DNA of 64,000 nt from Promethearchaeota archaeon (GTDB lineage: Archaea; Asgardarchaeota; Thorarchaeia; Thorarchaeales; Thorarchaeaceae): NCBI GenBank assembly GCA_048939765.1, contig JBHLPF010000010.1:11723-75722 (forward strand). The letters run 5' to 3'. The notes below the pieces were generated by a model. The model searched no databases and was not told where the DNA came from. It saw only the letters and a list, made by a program, of their open reading frames with translations. Below, in pieces: positions 38,489 to 48,424 of the stretch. Positions within the stretch are counted from its first letter, which is position 1. Every line of letters starts with the position of its first letter. A program made the translations under genes and the position numbers.

Positions 38489-39466
38489 CTATGGAGTCAG
38501 CCATGTTCCTATGCCCTGCTCTACTGCCCGATGGTATATCAGCGGTGCCACAGCCATGTCATCCAATGCTAGCCCAAGATTCGCAGTCATGTTCTTCTCT
38601 TCACGGGTTTGCCGTCCTGACTTCACCCCGGTCACGAGCTCACCAAGATCTGCATGGACTGGCGGGATGTTCTGGAAGTAGCCAATCTCCTGGTAGTGTC
38701 TAAGCTGGGCAGTGTCGTCAGTGCAGAATTTACTGCTCTCGCGAAGCGCATCTGGATGCCAATAGGAGTCAAAGTCCACAAGCGAAGCGAATGCACCCTC
38801 CTCCATCCATCCTGCCTTGATGGTCGCATGGGGCTTTTTCAGAATTGGCCCTGCTGTTACAACCATGTCGCATCCAGTGACAGCCTGCTTGGGACTGTCG
38901 ACCACTTCAACGTCAAGGCCAAACCTATCACCAATCTCCATTGCATAGAGTCTAGCTGAGTCCTTGCTTATGTCGTAGGCCATCACCTTCTCCAGAGGAA
39001 ACTCCACCGCGAGAGCCTCGACATTGCTTCGCCCTTGAACACCACATCCCAATACTCCAACTGACGACGAGTCATTTCTAGCAAGGTATTTTGCAGAAAC
39101 TGCTGTTGCAGCTCCTGTTCTCATCGCTGTTATCCAAATGCAGTCCATAACAGATATCGGCAAACCAGTGTCTGGATCATTGAGAATCAATAGTCCTGTG
39201 ATATATGGAAGTCCTCTCTTCTCATTCTCAGGGAAGCCACTCACCCATTTCATTCCCGCGGATCCTAGGGCAGGTATGTATGCAGGCATTGCGTGGATGA
39301 AATTGTCCCCGTTTCCGGGATGTATTCCAGGCTTCGGCGGCATTTCCACGAGCCCTTTCCCCTTCTCTCGAAATGCAACTTCCAACTCATCCACAATTTC
39401 ACTCATTGTGAGTCCAGTAGTGATTACATCCGCCTGCGAAAGATAGAGCAAACGATTCTCTGACAA
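38489..39466 (-). CDS. ornithine cyclodeaminase / mu-crystallin family NAD(P) enzyme
   Basis: The Rossmann motif is VGVLGCGVQGRSNVEAL. The length (325 aa) and the N-terminus LSQADV...EVAF are typical of the family. Confidence 0.85.
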   Translation of the reverse strand: MSENRLLYLSQADVITTGLTMSEIVDELEVAFREKGKGLVEMPPKPGIHPGNGDNFIHAMPAYIPALGSAGMKWVSGFPENEKRGLPYITGLLILNDPDTGLPISVMDCIWITAMRTGAATAVSAKYLARNDSSSVGVLGCGVQGRSNVEALAVEFPLEKVMAYDISKDSARLYAMEIGDRFGLDVEVVDSPKQAVTGCDMVVTAGPILKKPHATIKAGWMEEGAFASLVDFDSYWHPDALRESSKFCTDDTAQLRHYQEIGYFQNIPPVHADLGELVTGVKSGRQTREEKNMTANLGLALDDMAVAPLIYHRAVEQGIGTWLTP

Positions 39467-39482
39467 ATTTCTTCACATCCCA

Positions 39483-40289
39483 TCAAATCTGTGGATCTCT
39501 CTCATCATTTGGATTGAAACCATGGCGTTGGAGAATGGTGAAAAGAGCATCATCGGACCATCTGCCTTGGCACATCTTTCTTGAAATGTGCTCGCACCAA
39601 GAATACCGATCAAAGCCTATGTCATCTTTCCCCTCCTTTAGTCTGACCTTCGTTTTTTCCTTGACATAATACCTCTGGGCCAACATCCCTTCATCCATCA
39701 CTTTCATGCACTCGTCAATGTCGTTGTCGGAGTGATCCAAATATGAGTCCTCAAATGCACTATATTGAATCGGGAATCGAGGGCGAATCTCCGTCTTCTC
39801 TGCAGGATCCGGATAACCCAAATTCATGCCCACAACAGGAAACACACGGTTCGGAATATTGAAAGTTTCACATATGATATCGGCACGGAGAGGCGCGTTC
39901 CCAAGAAGAACAGACCCAAGTCCTAATGCTTCGGCGGCAAGCGTAAGGTTCTCTATCGCCAAAGCGACATCCTGGATACCAATCCATAGTGTCATCAGGT
40001 CATCATATTCATAGATGTGACCGCGCTTAGCCATGATCTTCTCGAGGCGCCTTACATCGATCAAGAAGACCAGGAGCAACGGAGCTGTGGGATATGACCC
40101 CATCCCCACCTTCTTCATCTTAGCCTTGTTTCGAGTATAGACTACTGAACAGAGCTGAGATGCAAATGGAGCTCTCATTCCTGCCTCTAGCACTTTGGTA
40201 AGAACATCATCCGTTACTGGCGTCTCAAGAAACCATCGCATTGATCTTCTGTTGTTGATGATTTCATAGATTTTCCCTGCTGCACTCAT
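39483..40289 (-). CDS. nitroreductase family protein
   Basis: The N-terminus IINNRRSMRWFLETPVTDDVLTKVLEAGMRAPFASQ is a family hallmark. Confidence 0.8.
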   Translation of the reverse strand: MSAAGKIYEIINNRRSMRWFLETPVTDDVLTKVLEAGMRAPFASQLCSVVYTRNKAKMKKVGMGSYPTAPLLLVFLIDVRRLEKIMAKRGHIYEYDDLMTLWIGIQDVALAIENLTLAAEALGLGSVLLGNAPLRADIICETFNIPNRVFPVVGMNLGYPDPAEKTEIRPRFPIQYSAFEDSYLDHSDNDIDECMKVMDEGMLAQRYYVKEKTKVRLKEGKDDIGFDRYSWCEHISRKMCQGRWSDDALFTILQRHGFNPNDERDPQI

Positions 40290-40362
40290 AATGCTGATTT
40301 GGCGTCTCTCTGACCTATGAGCCTTTAGGTGCCTTGATTATCGAAAAGCTTTCACTTATTGA

Positions 40363-40932
40363 CTAGTTGATGAATTCCAAGGCATCCCATTCCCGAATGC
40401 TCTCAAACATCGAGATGGAGAGGGCCCTAATCTTCTCATATAGTGCCTTTGCAGTGGCAGTTTGCAGCAAGGAACTCATTTGCTTCTGAAGTTCCTCAGC
40501 CTCACGAAATGCAACCCTGAAATCTATGTTCTTCTTTCGTGTCCGATAGACGACCTCTCTGACCAATCCGTATGGTCCAAGTGTCTGGAGCTTGTCTGCA
40601 TCAAAGACAACTTTTGCCTCCATGGTTCGTGCAGTATGAATCATTGTCGGCTCAATACACCTTACACAGTGAACTATTCTATCAATCATAGCAGAAGAAA
40701 CATCGATGCTGATGAGGAACTCGTTGACTTGGCCAGCTCCCTCAGGATGAAACTGGTGTAGAAGTGCACCCAATCTGGCAATGAGTTCATCTGCCCCCTC
40801 TTCCCTAGCCAAATGGATAGCAAGGCTTGCAGTCTTCTCACAGTGGCCGGATCCATGAGTGTCATCGAGTGAGCGATACTTCTCTAGAGCAAACTCCTCT
40901 ATCAGTGCTATCTGTCGGTCTGTCAACTGCAC
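40363..40932 (-). CDS. HD-domain phosphohydrolase
   Basis: H...HG..H (DDTHGSGHCEKTA) and a downstream FDADKL are spaced as in HD domains. Confidence 0.7.
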   Translation of the reverse strand: MQLTDRQIALIEEFALEKYRSLDDTHGSGHCEKTASLAIHLAREEGADELIARLGALLHQFHPEGAGQVNEFLISIDVSSAMIDRIVHCVRCIEPTMIHTARTMEAKVVFDADKLQTLGPYGLVREVVYRTRKKNIDFRVAFREAEELQKQMSSLLQTATAKALYEKIRALSISMFESIREWDALEFIN

Positions 40933-41018
40933 CGTTCAGCGCCCCTATCATCTGGCGAATGATAACACAGGACTATCTCAAGCTTGCTCTGATATAACCT
41001 CGTAATACAGGAGGGCTG

Positions 41019-41627
41019 TTACGCTACTGGCTGACGAATCACTGTCTTGAGCTTCTCAGGAGCAGTCCTCCGAGGATCACTGAGGTAGATTTCGTGATGC
41101 TTCCCCCTCAGTCTGAATCCTTGCTCTTCAGCATAGGAATGAAGGTTTTCTATGGTAGGCTGTTCTTCTGACCAGGGGCCAATATGCATGATTTGAACCG
41201 AATAGCCCTCCCTGAATGACTCGAATCTAATCCTTTGAAGGGCCGGCGGGTCCTTCTTCTCTTTTACTTCTGCCATAGCTTCTATGACATCATTCCTTGT
41301 GACGGGTTGGGGTTGCATTATCATTGAGGTCCAGCGCCAGTTTACCTTCACATCGAAATCAAATCCTTCCGACCCCTCAATCCACCACAGGCCTTCCAGA
41401 GGCATTACAGTGAAGTCAGCAACCTTTGCCTTCTTCAATTTGAACTTCAGCGTGAAAGAAGTGGCATATAGAGGTTCAAGAGCATCTTGGTACTCCTGTG
41501 CTGTATTCGGGTCTCCCTTCCCGTCAATCATTAAGAAGTTCATCTCAGGCACATCAACCTCTGATGGCTTCCTCGATGAAGGCTTGTAGAACTCTTTCAG
41601 AACCTTCTTGTGGTCTACTTTCTTCAA
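41019..41627 (-). CDS. GyrI-like small-molecule-binding domain protein
   Basis: The opening YKPSSRKPSEVDVPEMNFLMIDGKGDPNT and the ending HHEIYLSDPRRTAPEKLKTVIRQPV are typical of the GyrI-like (SbmC/AraC effector) fold family. Confidence 0.7.
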   Translation of the reverse strand: MKKVDHKKVLKEFYKPSSRKPSEVDVPEMNFLMIDGKGDPNTAQEYQDALEPLYATSFTLKFKLKKAKVADFTVMPLEGLWWIEGSEGFDFDVKVNWRWTSMIMQPQPVTRNDVIEAMAEVKEKKDPPALQRIRFESFREGYSVQIMHIGPWSEEQPTIENLHSYAEEQGFRLRGKHHEIYLSDPRRTAPEKLKTVIRQPVA

Positions 41628-41679
41628 TCTACTGAACCCCTGGTCATTTACTCTCGTGGGTTCCTTATGAATTCAAGCA

Positions 41680-42519
41680 CTATGTCTGGCACTTAGGACA
41701 GACATACACGTGGCCTCCACCATGGGCAAGCTTCTCGATTGGAGATCCGCACTTGGGACATGACTGCCCTTTCATGTTTGGCCCCATTAATGGAGTGTAT
41801 TTCCCCCTCTTTCCATAGAGGTCGGTGAATTGGTCTTTGCCGCCAAGACGCGCTCGCTCTTTCATCGTTCTAACAATCGCATCATAGAGTGCCTTGACTT
41901 GACTACTGCTCAAGTCAGACGCCTTCTTCTTGGGATGTATACCGGCTTGATAGATAACATCCTGAAATGTGCTATTCTGAATTCCAACGAGTATGGCCTC
42001 CTTTCCCACCAATGCCATTTTGACGTTCTTTGAAAATAGATTCAGCTGCGACTCAAGCCATTTGGAAGAGAACCTCTTCTCGTCAGGGGACACCACATCA
42101 GAGAAATCCCTTCGATATACATAGTTGTCTTCAAGCTCTTTATTCGAAGCAGCGTCAATATTGCCCCATCCCTTGAGCCTCAAAGTGAGTATTGTCCTGT
42201 CGGAAAAGATTAGTGTCAGATGGGTCTTCTCGGGCAATCCAGTTTCATCCTCATGAAATCCAAATGCACCGCCGTATTCCGGTGCCAGAAACATGTTCAT
42301 CTCACCGTCGAGCAGAATCCTTATGCCGTTGCCTCGCGAAACCACTGACTGAACTATTCGCCCCTTCAGTTTGTCGAAGTTCTTCAAACTCCTACTAACC
42401 ATTTTGGACTTCTGTAGCTTCTCTAGCTCATCCAATTTCCAGGAATCAATCTTCTTTCCGACAAGTTCTTTGTTCATCTGCTTCGCGAGGATAGAGGCCT
42501 CAGGCAGCTCAATACTCAA
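41680..42519 (-). CDS. Fpg/Nei-family DNA glycosylase-like protein with C-terminal zinc finger
   Basis: The N-terminus is MSIELPEA, compared with canonical MPELPEV. The zinc finger is CPKCGSPIEKLAHGGGHVYVCPKCQ. GGAGGG lies 8 nt upstream of the TTG start. Confidence 0.7.
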   Translation of the reverse strand: MSIELPEASILAKQMNKELVGKKIDSWKLDELEKLQKSKMVSRSLKNFDKLKGRIVQSVVSRGNGIRILLDGEMNMFLAPEYGGAFGFHEDETGLPEKTHLTLIFSDRTILTLRLKGWGNIDAASNKELEDNYVYRRDFSDVVSPDEKRFSSKWLESQLNLFSKNVKMALVGKEAILVGIQNSTFQDVIYQAGIHPKKKASDLSSSQVKALYDAIVRTMKERARLGGKDQFTDLYGKRGKYTPLMGPNMKGQSCPKCGSPIEKLAHGGGHVYVCPKCQT

Positions 42520-42535
42520 TTGGAAATCCCTCCAG

Positions 42536-43579
42536 TCAAACGCTCAAGAAGCGCATGTCCCCTTTGGAGAAGCGAGAGTATGCTTTTTTCTCATATTCGC
42601 GAGCCAACTCATTCACATAGGCCTTGAAGGCTTTGATGGTGGACTTTCCGCCCATTCTGTCTGTGAATGAAACCACCAATTCCCAGGCAGGTTTATGAGT
42701 CTTGGGAACATGCGTCCTTAGGAATCCCATATCGGTTGTCCACTTATCATGCAACTGAATTAGCTCAGCTTCTATTCCAAGATCATCTAGCATCTTGAAA
42801 TATATATTCGCCCGAAACTGAGTAGTAAGTGGGTCCCTTCCTTTCTTGTGCTCTGCATAGGTGACTCCGTCTATCGCGAGATTCGTGCCACCATTTCGCA
42901 GCTCGCCGTTCAGGATAATTGTCCAAATCAATCTGTATAGGACATCGCGACGAGCTTTGACTATTCCGGCGCCAGCAATCGTATCTGGATGCTTCAATCC
43001 GAATCTCGTGGTTGCCAACGTTGATAGGAAGATATGGACTGCTTCTAGGTCAGAAGACTTTATTCCTTGAATCTTTGCGGTCTCAGGATAGTCGACAACT
43101 TTCTTGATGGGTATCTCTACTGTTTTCGCTTCAACGATATCAGCATCGCTAAGACCGGCCCTAATAACATCAAGATGGGATTTCCCTTGAAATGGCTCAA
43201 TGAATTGCTCATAAGCCTTATCGGGGACCGGCTCACCCAGGCGCTCTGAAGTGCTTTCTCTTGTGATCTCGCCTATATGAGCCTCAATCCAATCGCAAGG
43301 GTATCTTGAGCAATAAGCACAGTTCTGGATTCCATTGTGAGTCGCGCACTCTCTCGCTAAGCAACCACGCACGAAGTTGTGTACACCCACATCTTTAGCA
43401 AGCTTCTCATCTGGAGTTTGACATGATTGGCATGGCTTGGCTGTTGGTGTGAAACCTACATACTTCTTCGCATCAATGCGGTAGGATTCCCAGCCCTCCT
43501 CAGAGATTCTTGAACGCACATAACAGCCCCACGGACAAGTGCCACAATAGTTTCCGCACTTACTGACTACTTGCTCCAT
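42536..43579 (-). CDS. DUF3795-like Cys-rich domain fused to ~230-aa unknown C-terminal domain
   Basis: From the ATG at 43579 the sequence reads MEQVVSKCGNYCGTCPW...CQSCQ...RGCLARECA...CAYCSRYPC. The track's 5' extension to 43756 overlaps the divergent gene. Confidence 0.6.
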   Translation of the reverse strand: MEQVVSKCGNYCGTCPWGCYVRSRISEEGWESYRIDAKKYVGFTPTAKPCQSCQTPDEKLAKDVGVHNFVRGCLARECATHNGIQNCAYCSRYPCDWIEAHIGEITRESTSERLGEPVPDKAYEQFIEPFQGKSHLDVIRAGLSDADIVEAKTVEIPIKKVVDYPETAKIQGIKSSDLEAVHIFLSTLATTRFGLKHPDTIAGAGIVKARRDVLYRLIWTIILNGELRNGGTNLAIDGVTYAEHKKGRDPLTTQFRANIYFKMLDDLGIEAELIQLHDKWTTDMGFLRTHVPKTHKPAWELVVSFTDRMGGKSTIKAFKAYVNELAREYEKKAYSRFSKGDMRFLSV

Positions 43580-43720
43580 TATCTTTCCCTCTCCATTTTG
43601 TAGAACTGCAGTGATATAAACTTCCAGCCTGAGATAGCGATGCAATCCCTCTATTCCGTCCAAAGGGCGAAAAACCGATATCATAGTCTTGTCCCCAAAA
43701 AAGCAAAGGAAGCCATTAGA

Positions 43721-44575
43721 ATGAGCGAATCTGATGACGGAACCGCAACCATTCAATCTACAATGGTAGGACCATTATGGGCACGTGCAAAATACTCCCA
43801 GCTATATCCTGATTTGCTAAGGGATGATCAAGCCATCGATCTCATTGAGCAGGTGAAGAGTGATTTCAGCGATTCACTAGAGGATTTTGACATTTTGGAG
43901 GAGTTCATTGATGAGATGCTAGGACTTGCGTTTGTCATCAGAGCCAGAACCTTCGACGACACAATTACTGCATTTCTTCAAAGCAAACCACATGCCACAA
44001 TTGTGAATCTTGGCTGTGGCTTGGACACAACTTTTTCTAGAGTTGACAATGGAACCTTGCATTGGTTCGATCTTGATCTCCCAGATGCAATAGATTATCG
44101 CCGTCAACTAATCCCTGAAACTTCAAGAAGTAGATGCATAGCAAAGTCAATCTTTGATTTCAGCTGGATGGAAGACATAGGCTTCGACAATACTGATGGT
44201 CTGCTTATGATCGCTGGAGGACTCTTTGCCTATTTTGATGATGATGATGTTTCACGATTCTTCAGAGCAATAGCGCAAAGATTTCCTGGAGGAGAGATAA
44301 TCTTTGATAGTAGTTCATCTCGGGGGAATTGGATCATTAATAGGCGCTTCAAAAAGTATGGCATTTCGGGGATAGAGCACAAATTCGATGCAAAAAGTCC
44401 AGGCCAAATAGAGAGCTGGTCTGAGCAACTTGAAGTAATTGATTGGTTCCCCTATTTCTCCCGCGTTAGAACAAATCCGAAATGGAAACGTCGAACTCGC
44501 CTCATCACGACTCTGAATTCGAAGCTCAAACTGGCGAAATTCATCCATGTGAGAATCAAGGAAGCTCAACCATAA
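43721..44575 (+). CDS. class I SAM-dependent methyltransferase (LCMT/TcmP-like)
   Basis: Motif I is VNLGCGLDT, followed by WFDLDLPDAIDYRRQLIPE. I chose the ATG at 43721 (MSESDDG). Confidence 0.75.
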   Translation: MSESDDGTATIQSTMVGPLWARAKYSQLYPDLLRDDQAIDLIEQVKSDFSDSLEDFDILEEFIDEMLGLAFVIRARTFDDTITAFLQSKPHATIVNLGCGLDTTFSRVDNGTLHWFDLDLPDAIDYRRQLIPETSRSRCIAKSIFDFSWMEDIGFDNTDGLLMIAGGLFAYFDDDDVSRFFRAIAQRFPGGEIIFDSSSSRGNWIINRRFKKYGISGIEHKFDAKSPGQIESWSEQLEVIDWFPYFSRVRTNPKWKRRTRLITTLNSKLKLAKFIHVRIKEAQP

Positions 44576-44615
44576 GATAGAATTGTAGGCTACAATGCTG
44601 ATATGGCTGAGCATC

Positions 44616-45383
44616 TTGAAAATAATCTCCTGGAACGTTAATGGAATTCGGGCCGGTTTCGAGAAAGGCCTTCTTGAATTCATTCAAGACGAAAATGCTG
44701 ATGTCTACTGTTTTCAAGAAACTAAGTCGTCATCTGGAATGGACGACATCGCGCCTTTGGCACTTAGCGAATATGAACAGCATTGGCATCACGCAGCGAA
44801 AAAGGGATACAGTGGCACTATGATCCTTACAAAGGAACCACCAATCTCTGTTTTCAGAGGCATAGACAAGAAAGGATTTGACACTGAGGGTCGTGCCCTT
44901 ACGCTGGAATATGACAAGTTCTATCTTGTGAACGTGTATTTCCCAAATGCAGGTCGCATGCTTGAAAGACTGGACTTCAAATTGGATTTCAATGCCAGAT
45001 TGCTTAGATATACCCAAGGACTCCGGAAAGATAAAGGCGTCATCATAACTGGCGACTTCAATGTTTCACATAGGGAGATAGACATTGCAAGACCCAAGAG
45101 CAATCGTGGTCATGCAGGATTCACTGATGAAGAAAGAGCCTGGTTTGATCGGATGCTTTCCAAAGGATATGTTGACACATTCAGGGAGTATACTCAGGAA
45201 GGAGGCCACTATACATGGTGGTCATACCTTCACAATGCCAGAGCCAACAACGTTGGATGGCGATTGGATTATTTCGTGATAAACGAGGAATTCAAAACGC
45301 AATTAGTGGGAAGCGACATCCTAGGCGAGGTCTTCGGTTCTGACCACTGCCCCATAAGACTTGAGCTCAGTTCTAAAGGATAA
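44616..45383 (+). CDS. xth: exodeoxyribonuclease III (ExoIII/APE1 family AP endonuclease)
   Basis: Motifs KIISWNVNGIRA, CFQETK, GDFNV and the final SDHCP are present. The start is TTG at 44616 or ATG at 44595. Confidence 0.9.
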   Translation: MKIISWNVNGIRAGFEKGLLEFIQDENADVYCFQETKSSSGMDDIAPLALSEYEQHWHHAAKKGYSGTMILTKEPPISVFRGIDKKGFDTEGRALTLEYDKFYLVNVYFPNAGRMLERLDFKLDFNARLLRYTQGLRKDKGVIITGDFNVSHREIDIARPKSNRGHAGFTDEERAWFDRMLSKGYVDTFREYTQEGGHYTWWSYLHNARANNVGWRLDYFVINEEFKTQLVGSDILGEVFGSDHCPIRLELSSKG

Positions 45384-45404
45384 CACCTTTGCAGATGCTA
45401 GGAG

Positions 45405-45860
45405 TCATGTCAATTTCAGTTTCCATAGTCGAATCGTTTCCCACCATGCAAAGAGCGCTCCAACTGAGCCGATAGCGAGGGCGATGTATTTGTCATAGAG
45501 TCCCGGTCTAGGATTCAGGAAACTTATCGCAAGATAAGCTAGGGTCGCCACTGTGAAGAAGATGGCCACAAACATGTAACGTGGAAGAAACCTTCCCCGA
45601 AAACCAATGAAATTTCTGAGGACTCCCACTTTGACGATTCGGCTAACCTCGTAGGAATTGTCCGGGAGCTTCTCAACTAGCTCCAAAGAAACCAGCTTTG
45701 AAAGATGATGACTCGCTACAGAAGGACTAGACATGCCCAGCGCCCTCTGTACCTCTCTGACACCCACTGCCTCGTTTTGAGAAAGCATCAACCAGTAGAC
45801 TCTAAGTGTGTTTCCTCTAAGTTCTGGGTCGAGAGAGGTTTCCTCACTTGTATCTGACAA
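45405..45860 (-). CDS. winged-HTH (ArsR/MarR-like) regulator with two C-terminal TM helices
   Basis: VREVQRALGMSSPSVASHHLSKLVSLELVEK is followed by two hydrophobic helices (YMFVAIFFTVATLAYLAISFL and ALAIGSVGALFAWW). Confidence 0.65.
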   Translation of the reverse strand: MSDTSEETSLDPELRGNTLRVYWLMLSQNEAVGVREVQRALGMSSPSVASHHLSKLVSLELVEKLPDNSYEVSRIVKVGVLRNFIGFRGRFLPRYMFVAIFFTVATLAYLAISFLNPRPGLYDKYIALAIGSVGALFAWWETIRLWKLKLT

Positions 45861-46003
45861 TTGTCACCACGCACATTGAGTCTTCACCTTCTTCAGATTA
45901 ATCTCTTCTTCCTTGTCAGTGCCGCAGGTATAACTCTGTTCTAAAATATGGACGGGGTGTTCTATTCCATGGTACTAAGTACATCTGAGCCTATGAAAGT
46001 AGC

Positions 46004-48262
46004 ATGCTTCAAGTCATTGCAAGAGCTCTTGATCGAGATATTAGGAGGAAGATGCTAGCCGCAGGACTAGTGTCAGCGCTTATGGCTGTTAGTCTTGTGG
46101 GCACAATTGGCTATCTAGGTGGTGCTTTTGGTCCATTTGGATTGCTTTCTCATCCCAATGAACCAGTCTACACAATCAACAACATTGTGACTAGCAACTT
46201 TGCAGACTTCCAACCACGTGAAGAGCCGTTCATACCAAATGCGCCATTATACACCGTTGATCCCGGTCTTTCCAATGTTGCTGGCTATGGATTGATTGAA
46301 AACCTTCCTGCAGATTTGCTTCTCCAGATAGAATACAATGGTTTTGCTGCGGCCACTCAAACGGAATACAAGCAAATCCATGAGATATTGGAATTGAACG
46401 AAAAGCAATCAATTCCAAGCTTTGTGTCCTCAGACGCTGTGTTGCACGCGTTCCACGTTCTCTATGACCTGTCTCTTAGGGAAGTTGAAGTCTATTCTTT
46501 CTGGGATCTTCTCGGTAATCTGACATCCTCAATGCTGGACTCATCCTTTAACCAATACTTAGCAGCTCCTGAAGGCAGATGGAAGGATGCTGCTTTAAGA
46601 AACATGATGCTCTTCACAGTCGCTCTCAAGCTCATCGACAGCAACTACATGATTCCTCCAGCATTCCCATTTCAGGTTGACATTGAGGTTGCAAAGGTGC
46701 TCTCCCTGATTGAAGCGCACGATGCTATATCGGATGAATGGTTCCAAGAATACCGAGAAGACTTCACTCAATTCGTGCCACGGGGACATTACACTCGCAG
46801 TGAAACTCTTGAGCGTTACTTCAAAGCAATGATGTGGTATGGGAGAGTATCTCTGCGATTGCAGCCCAATCTTCCTGAATTCCCAAACGAAAAAGGCAAG
46901 GATAATACTGCCCAGGCGATTCTCATCTCATTGGCCCTCATGGATGAGATATCCACCATGCCAGCCGGGATCACAGGTTATGACTTATGGGATGCAATCT
47001 ATGAACCCACAGTCTTCTTTGTAGGTGCTGCTGATGACCTTTTACCAAGTGAGTACTTGGAGCTGGTCCAAACCATCTACGGCTCTGAGATTACTATTCC
47101 TGACCTTGATGATGATGTTCTTTTAGAGAATTTCATTGATGCTGCTCTGGAGTTGCGAGAACCAGCAATCTTAGGTCATCCTGTACCGGATACACTGACC
47201 TTAGCCCAGACTATGGGACTTCGGTTCATGGGGCAGAGGTACATTCCAGATAGCTACATCCTGGGGCAACTAGTCTACAAGAATGTAGGAACCATGGCGA
47301 ATCCAAGACTCATGCCTATGGGCCTCGATGTGATGGCTGCTCTGGGCTCTGATAGAGCTTGGGAACTCCTTGAGCCCGAGAAGATCTACGCGAACTATGA
47401 ATCGCAGATGAACATGCTCTGGGACATGGTGGCCAATATCACCGAGGCTGAATGGACAAGCAACCTATACTATCTATGGTTGTACTCTCTTCTACCCCTT
47501 CTATCTGATCCGGGGGAAGGCTATCCTTTCTTTATGCAGACTGAAGCGTGGGTTGACAAGCAGCTGTCCACAGCACTGGGTTCATGGGCTGAACTTAGGC
47601 ATGATACGATTCTCTATGCCAAGCAGTCTTATACTTGGGAATTGACCGGAATGCCACCTCCTGTTAAGGGATATGTAGAGCCAGTTCCCCAAGTATATGC
47701 ACGTTTGGCCTCTTTGTGCGAGATGATGATTGATGGGCTTGATTCCAGGAGCCTGCTGTCCACTTCGATTGGCAGCAAGCTCAACGCCCTATACAGTCTT
47801 CTATTGAATCTTCAGACAATTTCTATAAAAGAGTTGGAGGGAACTCCTCTGACGGAGTCAGAATACTACCTCATCGAAGGCTGTGGAAAGACACTGGGAT
47901 CAATTGTTGCAATGCCACAGGATGACTACCTTACATCAGATGCTGACGATGACATGGCTGTCATCGCTGATGTTCACACCGACCCTAATACCTTTAGTGT
48001 GCTTGAAGAGGCTGTAGGAAGACCGATGGTCATCTATGTAGCTGTCGAAGTTGATGGACAAGTCATTCTCACCCGAGGAGGAATCTTCTCATACTACGAG
48101 TTCACTTGGCCAATGGATGACCGCCTCACAGACGAGGCATGGCAAGATATGCTCACCCAAGGTGAGGCGCCACCCCTTCCAACTTGGACTGCAAGCTTTG
48201 TGATCACCGCCGAAGTCACTTTGCCTGCATTAAATACACTCACCTCAAAGGAATCAGTTTAA
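46004..48262 (+). CDS. N-terminally anchored extracytoplasmic protein, DUF3160-like
   Basis: An N-terminal TM helix (MLAAGLVSALMAVSLVGTIGYL) is present. The FVPRGHYTRSE motif and the ~750-aa size match my recollection of DUF3160. Confidence 0.6.
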   Translation: MLQVIARALDRDIRRKMLAAGLVSALMAVSLVGTIGYLGGAFGPFGLLSHPNEPVYTINNIVTSNFADFQPREEPFIPNAPLYTVDPGLSNVAGYGLIENLPADLLLQIEYNGFAAATQTEYKQIHEILELNEKQSIPSFVSSDAVLHAFHVLYDLSLREVEVYSFWDLLGNLTSSMLDSSFNQYLAAPEGRWKDAALRNMMLFTVALKLIDSNYMIPPAFPFQVDIEVAKVLSLIEAHDAISDEWFQEYREDFTQFVPRGHYTRSETLERYFKAMMWYGRVSLRLQPNLPEFPNEKGKDNTAQAILISLALMDEISTMPAGITGYDLWDAIYEPTVFFVGAADDLLPSEYLELVQTIYGSEITIPDLDDDVLLENFIDAALELREPAILGHPVPDTLTLAQTMGLRFMGQRYIPDSYILGQLVYKNVGTMANPRLMPMGLDVMAALGSDRAWELLEPEKIYANYESQMNMLWDMVANITEAEWTSNLYYLWLYSLLPLLSDPGEGYPFFMQTEAWVDKQLSTALGSWAELRHDTILYAKQSYTWELTGMPPPVKGYVEPVPQVYARLASLCEMMIDGLDSRSLLSTSIGSKLNALYSLLLNLQTISIKELEGTPLTESEYYLIEGCGKTLGSIVAMPQDDYLTSDADDDMAVIADVHTDPNTFSVLEEAVGRPMVIYVAVEVDGQVILTRGGIFSYYEFTWPMDDRLTDEAWQDMLTQGEAPPLPTWTASFVITAEVTLPALNTLTSKESV

Positions 48263-48424
48263 TCACCGAGGAAGATGGCGAGAGGACGCGGGAAATCGGG
48301 GGCGTTCTCTCGCCATATAAAATGCGACTTCATACAACACACAGCGGTCTTCGATACACCCCTCCGCTGGCACGTGGATTGATGATGCCAGCTAGGATCA
48401 ATGATGCAATATGACTCCCATATG

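Noticed and set aside
38304-38959. Four overlapping plus-strand ORFs (84-126 aa) lie opposite the ornithine cyclodeaminase-family gene.
   Set aside because: They overlap one another in different frames, have odd Cys/Trp/Pro-rich composition and no motifs, while the minus-strand OCD gene has clear family signatures.
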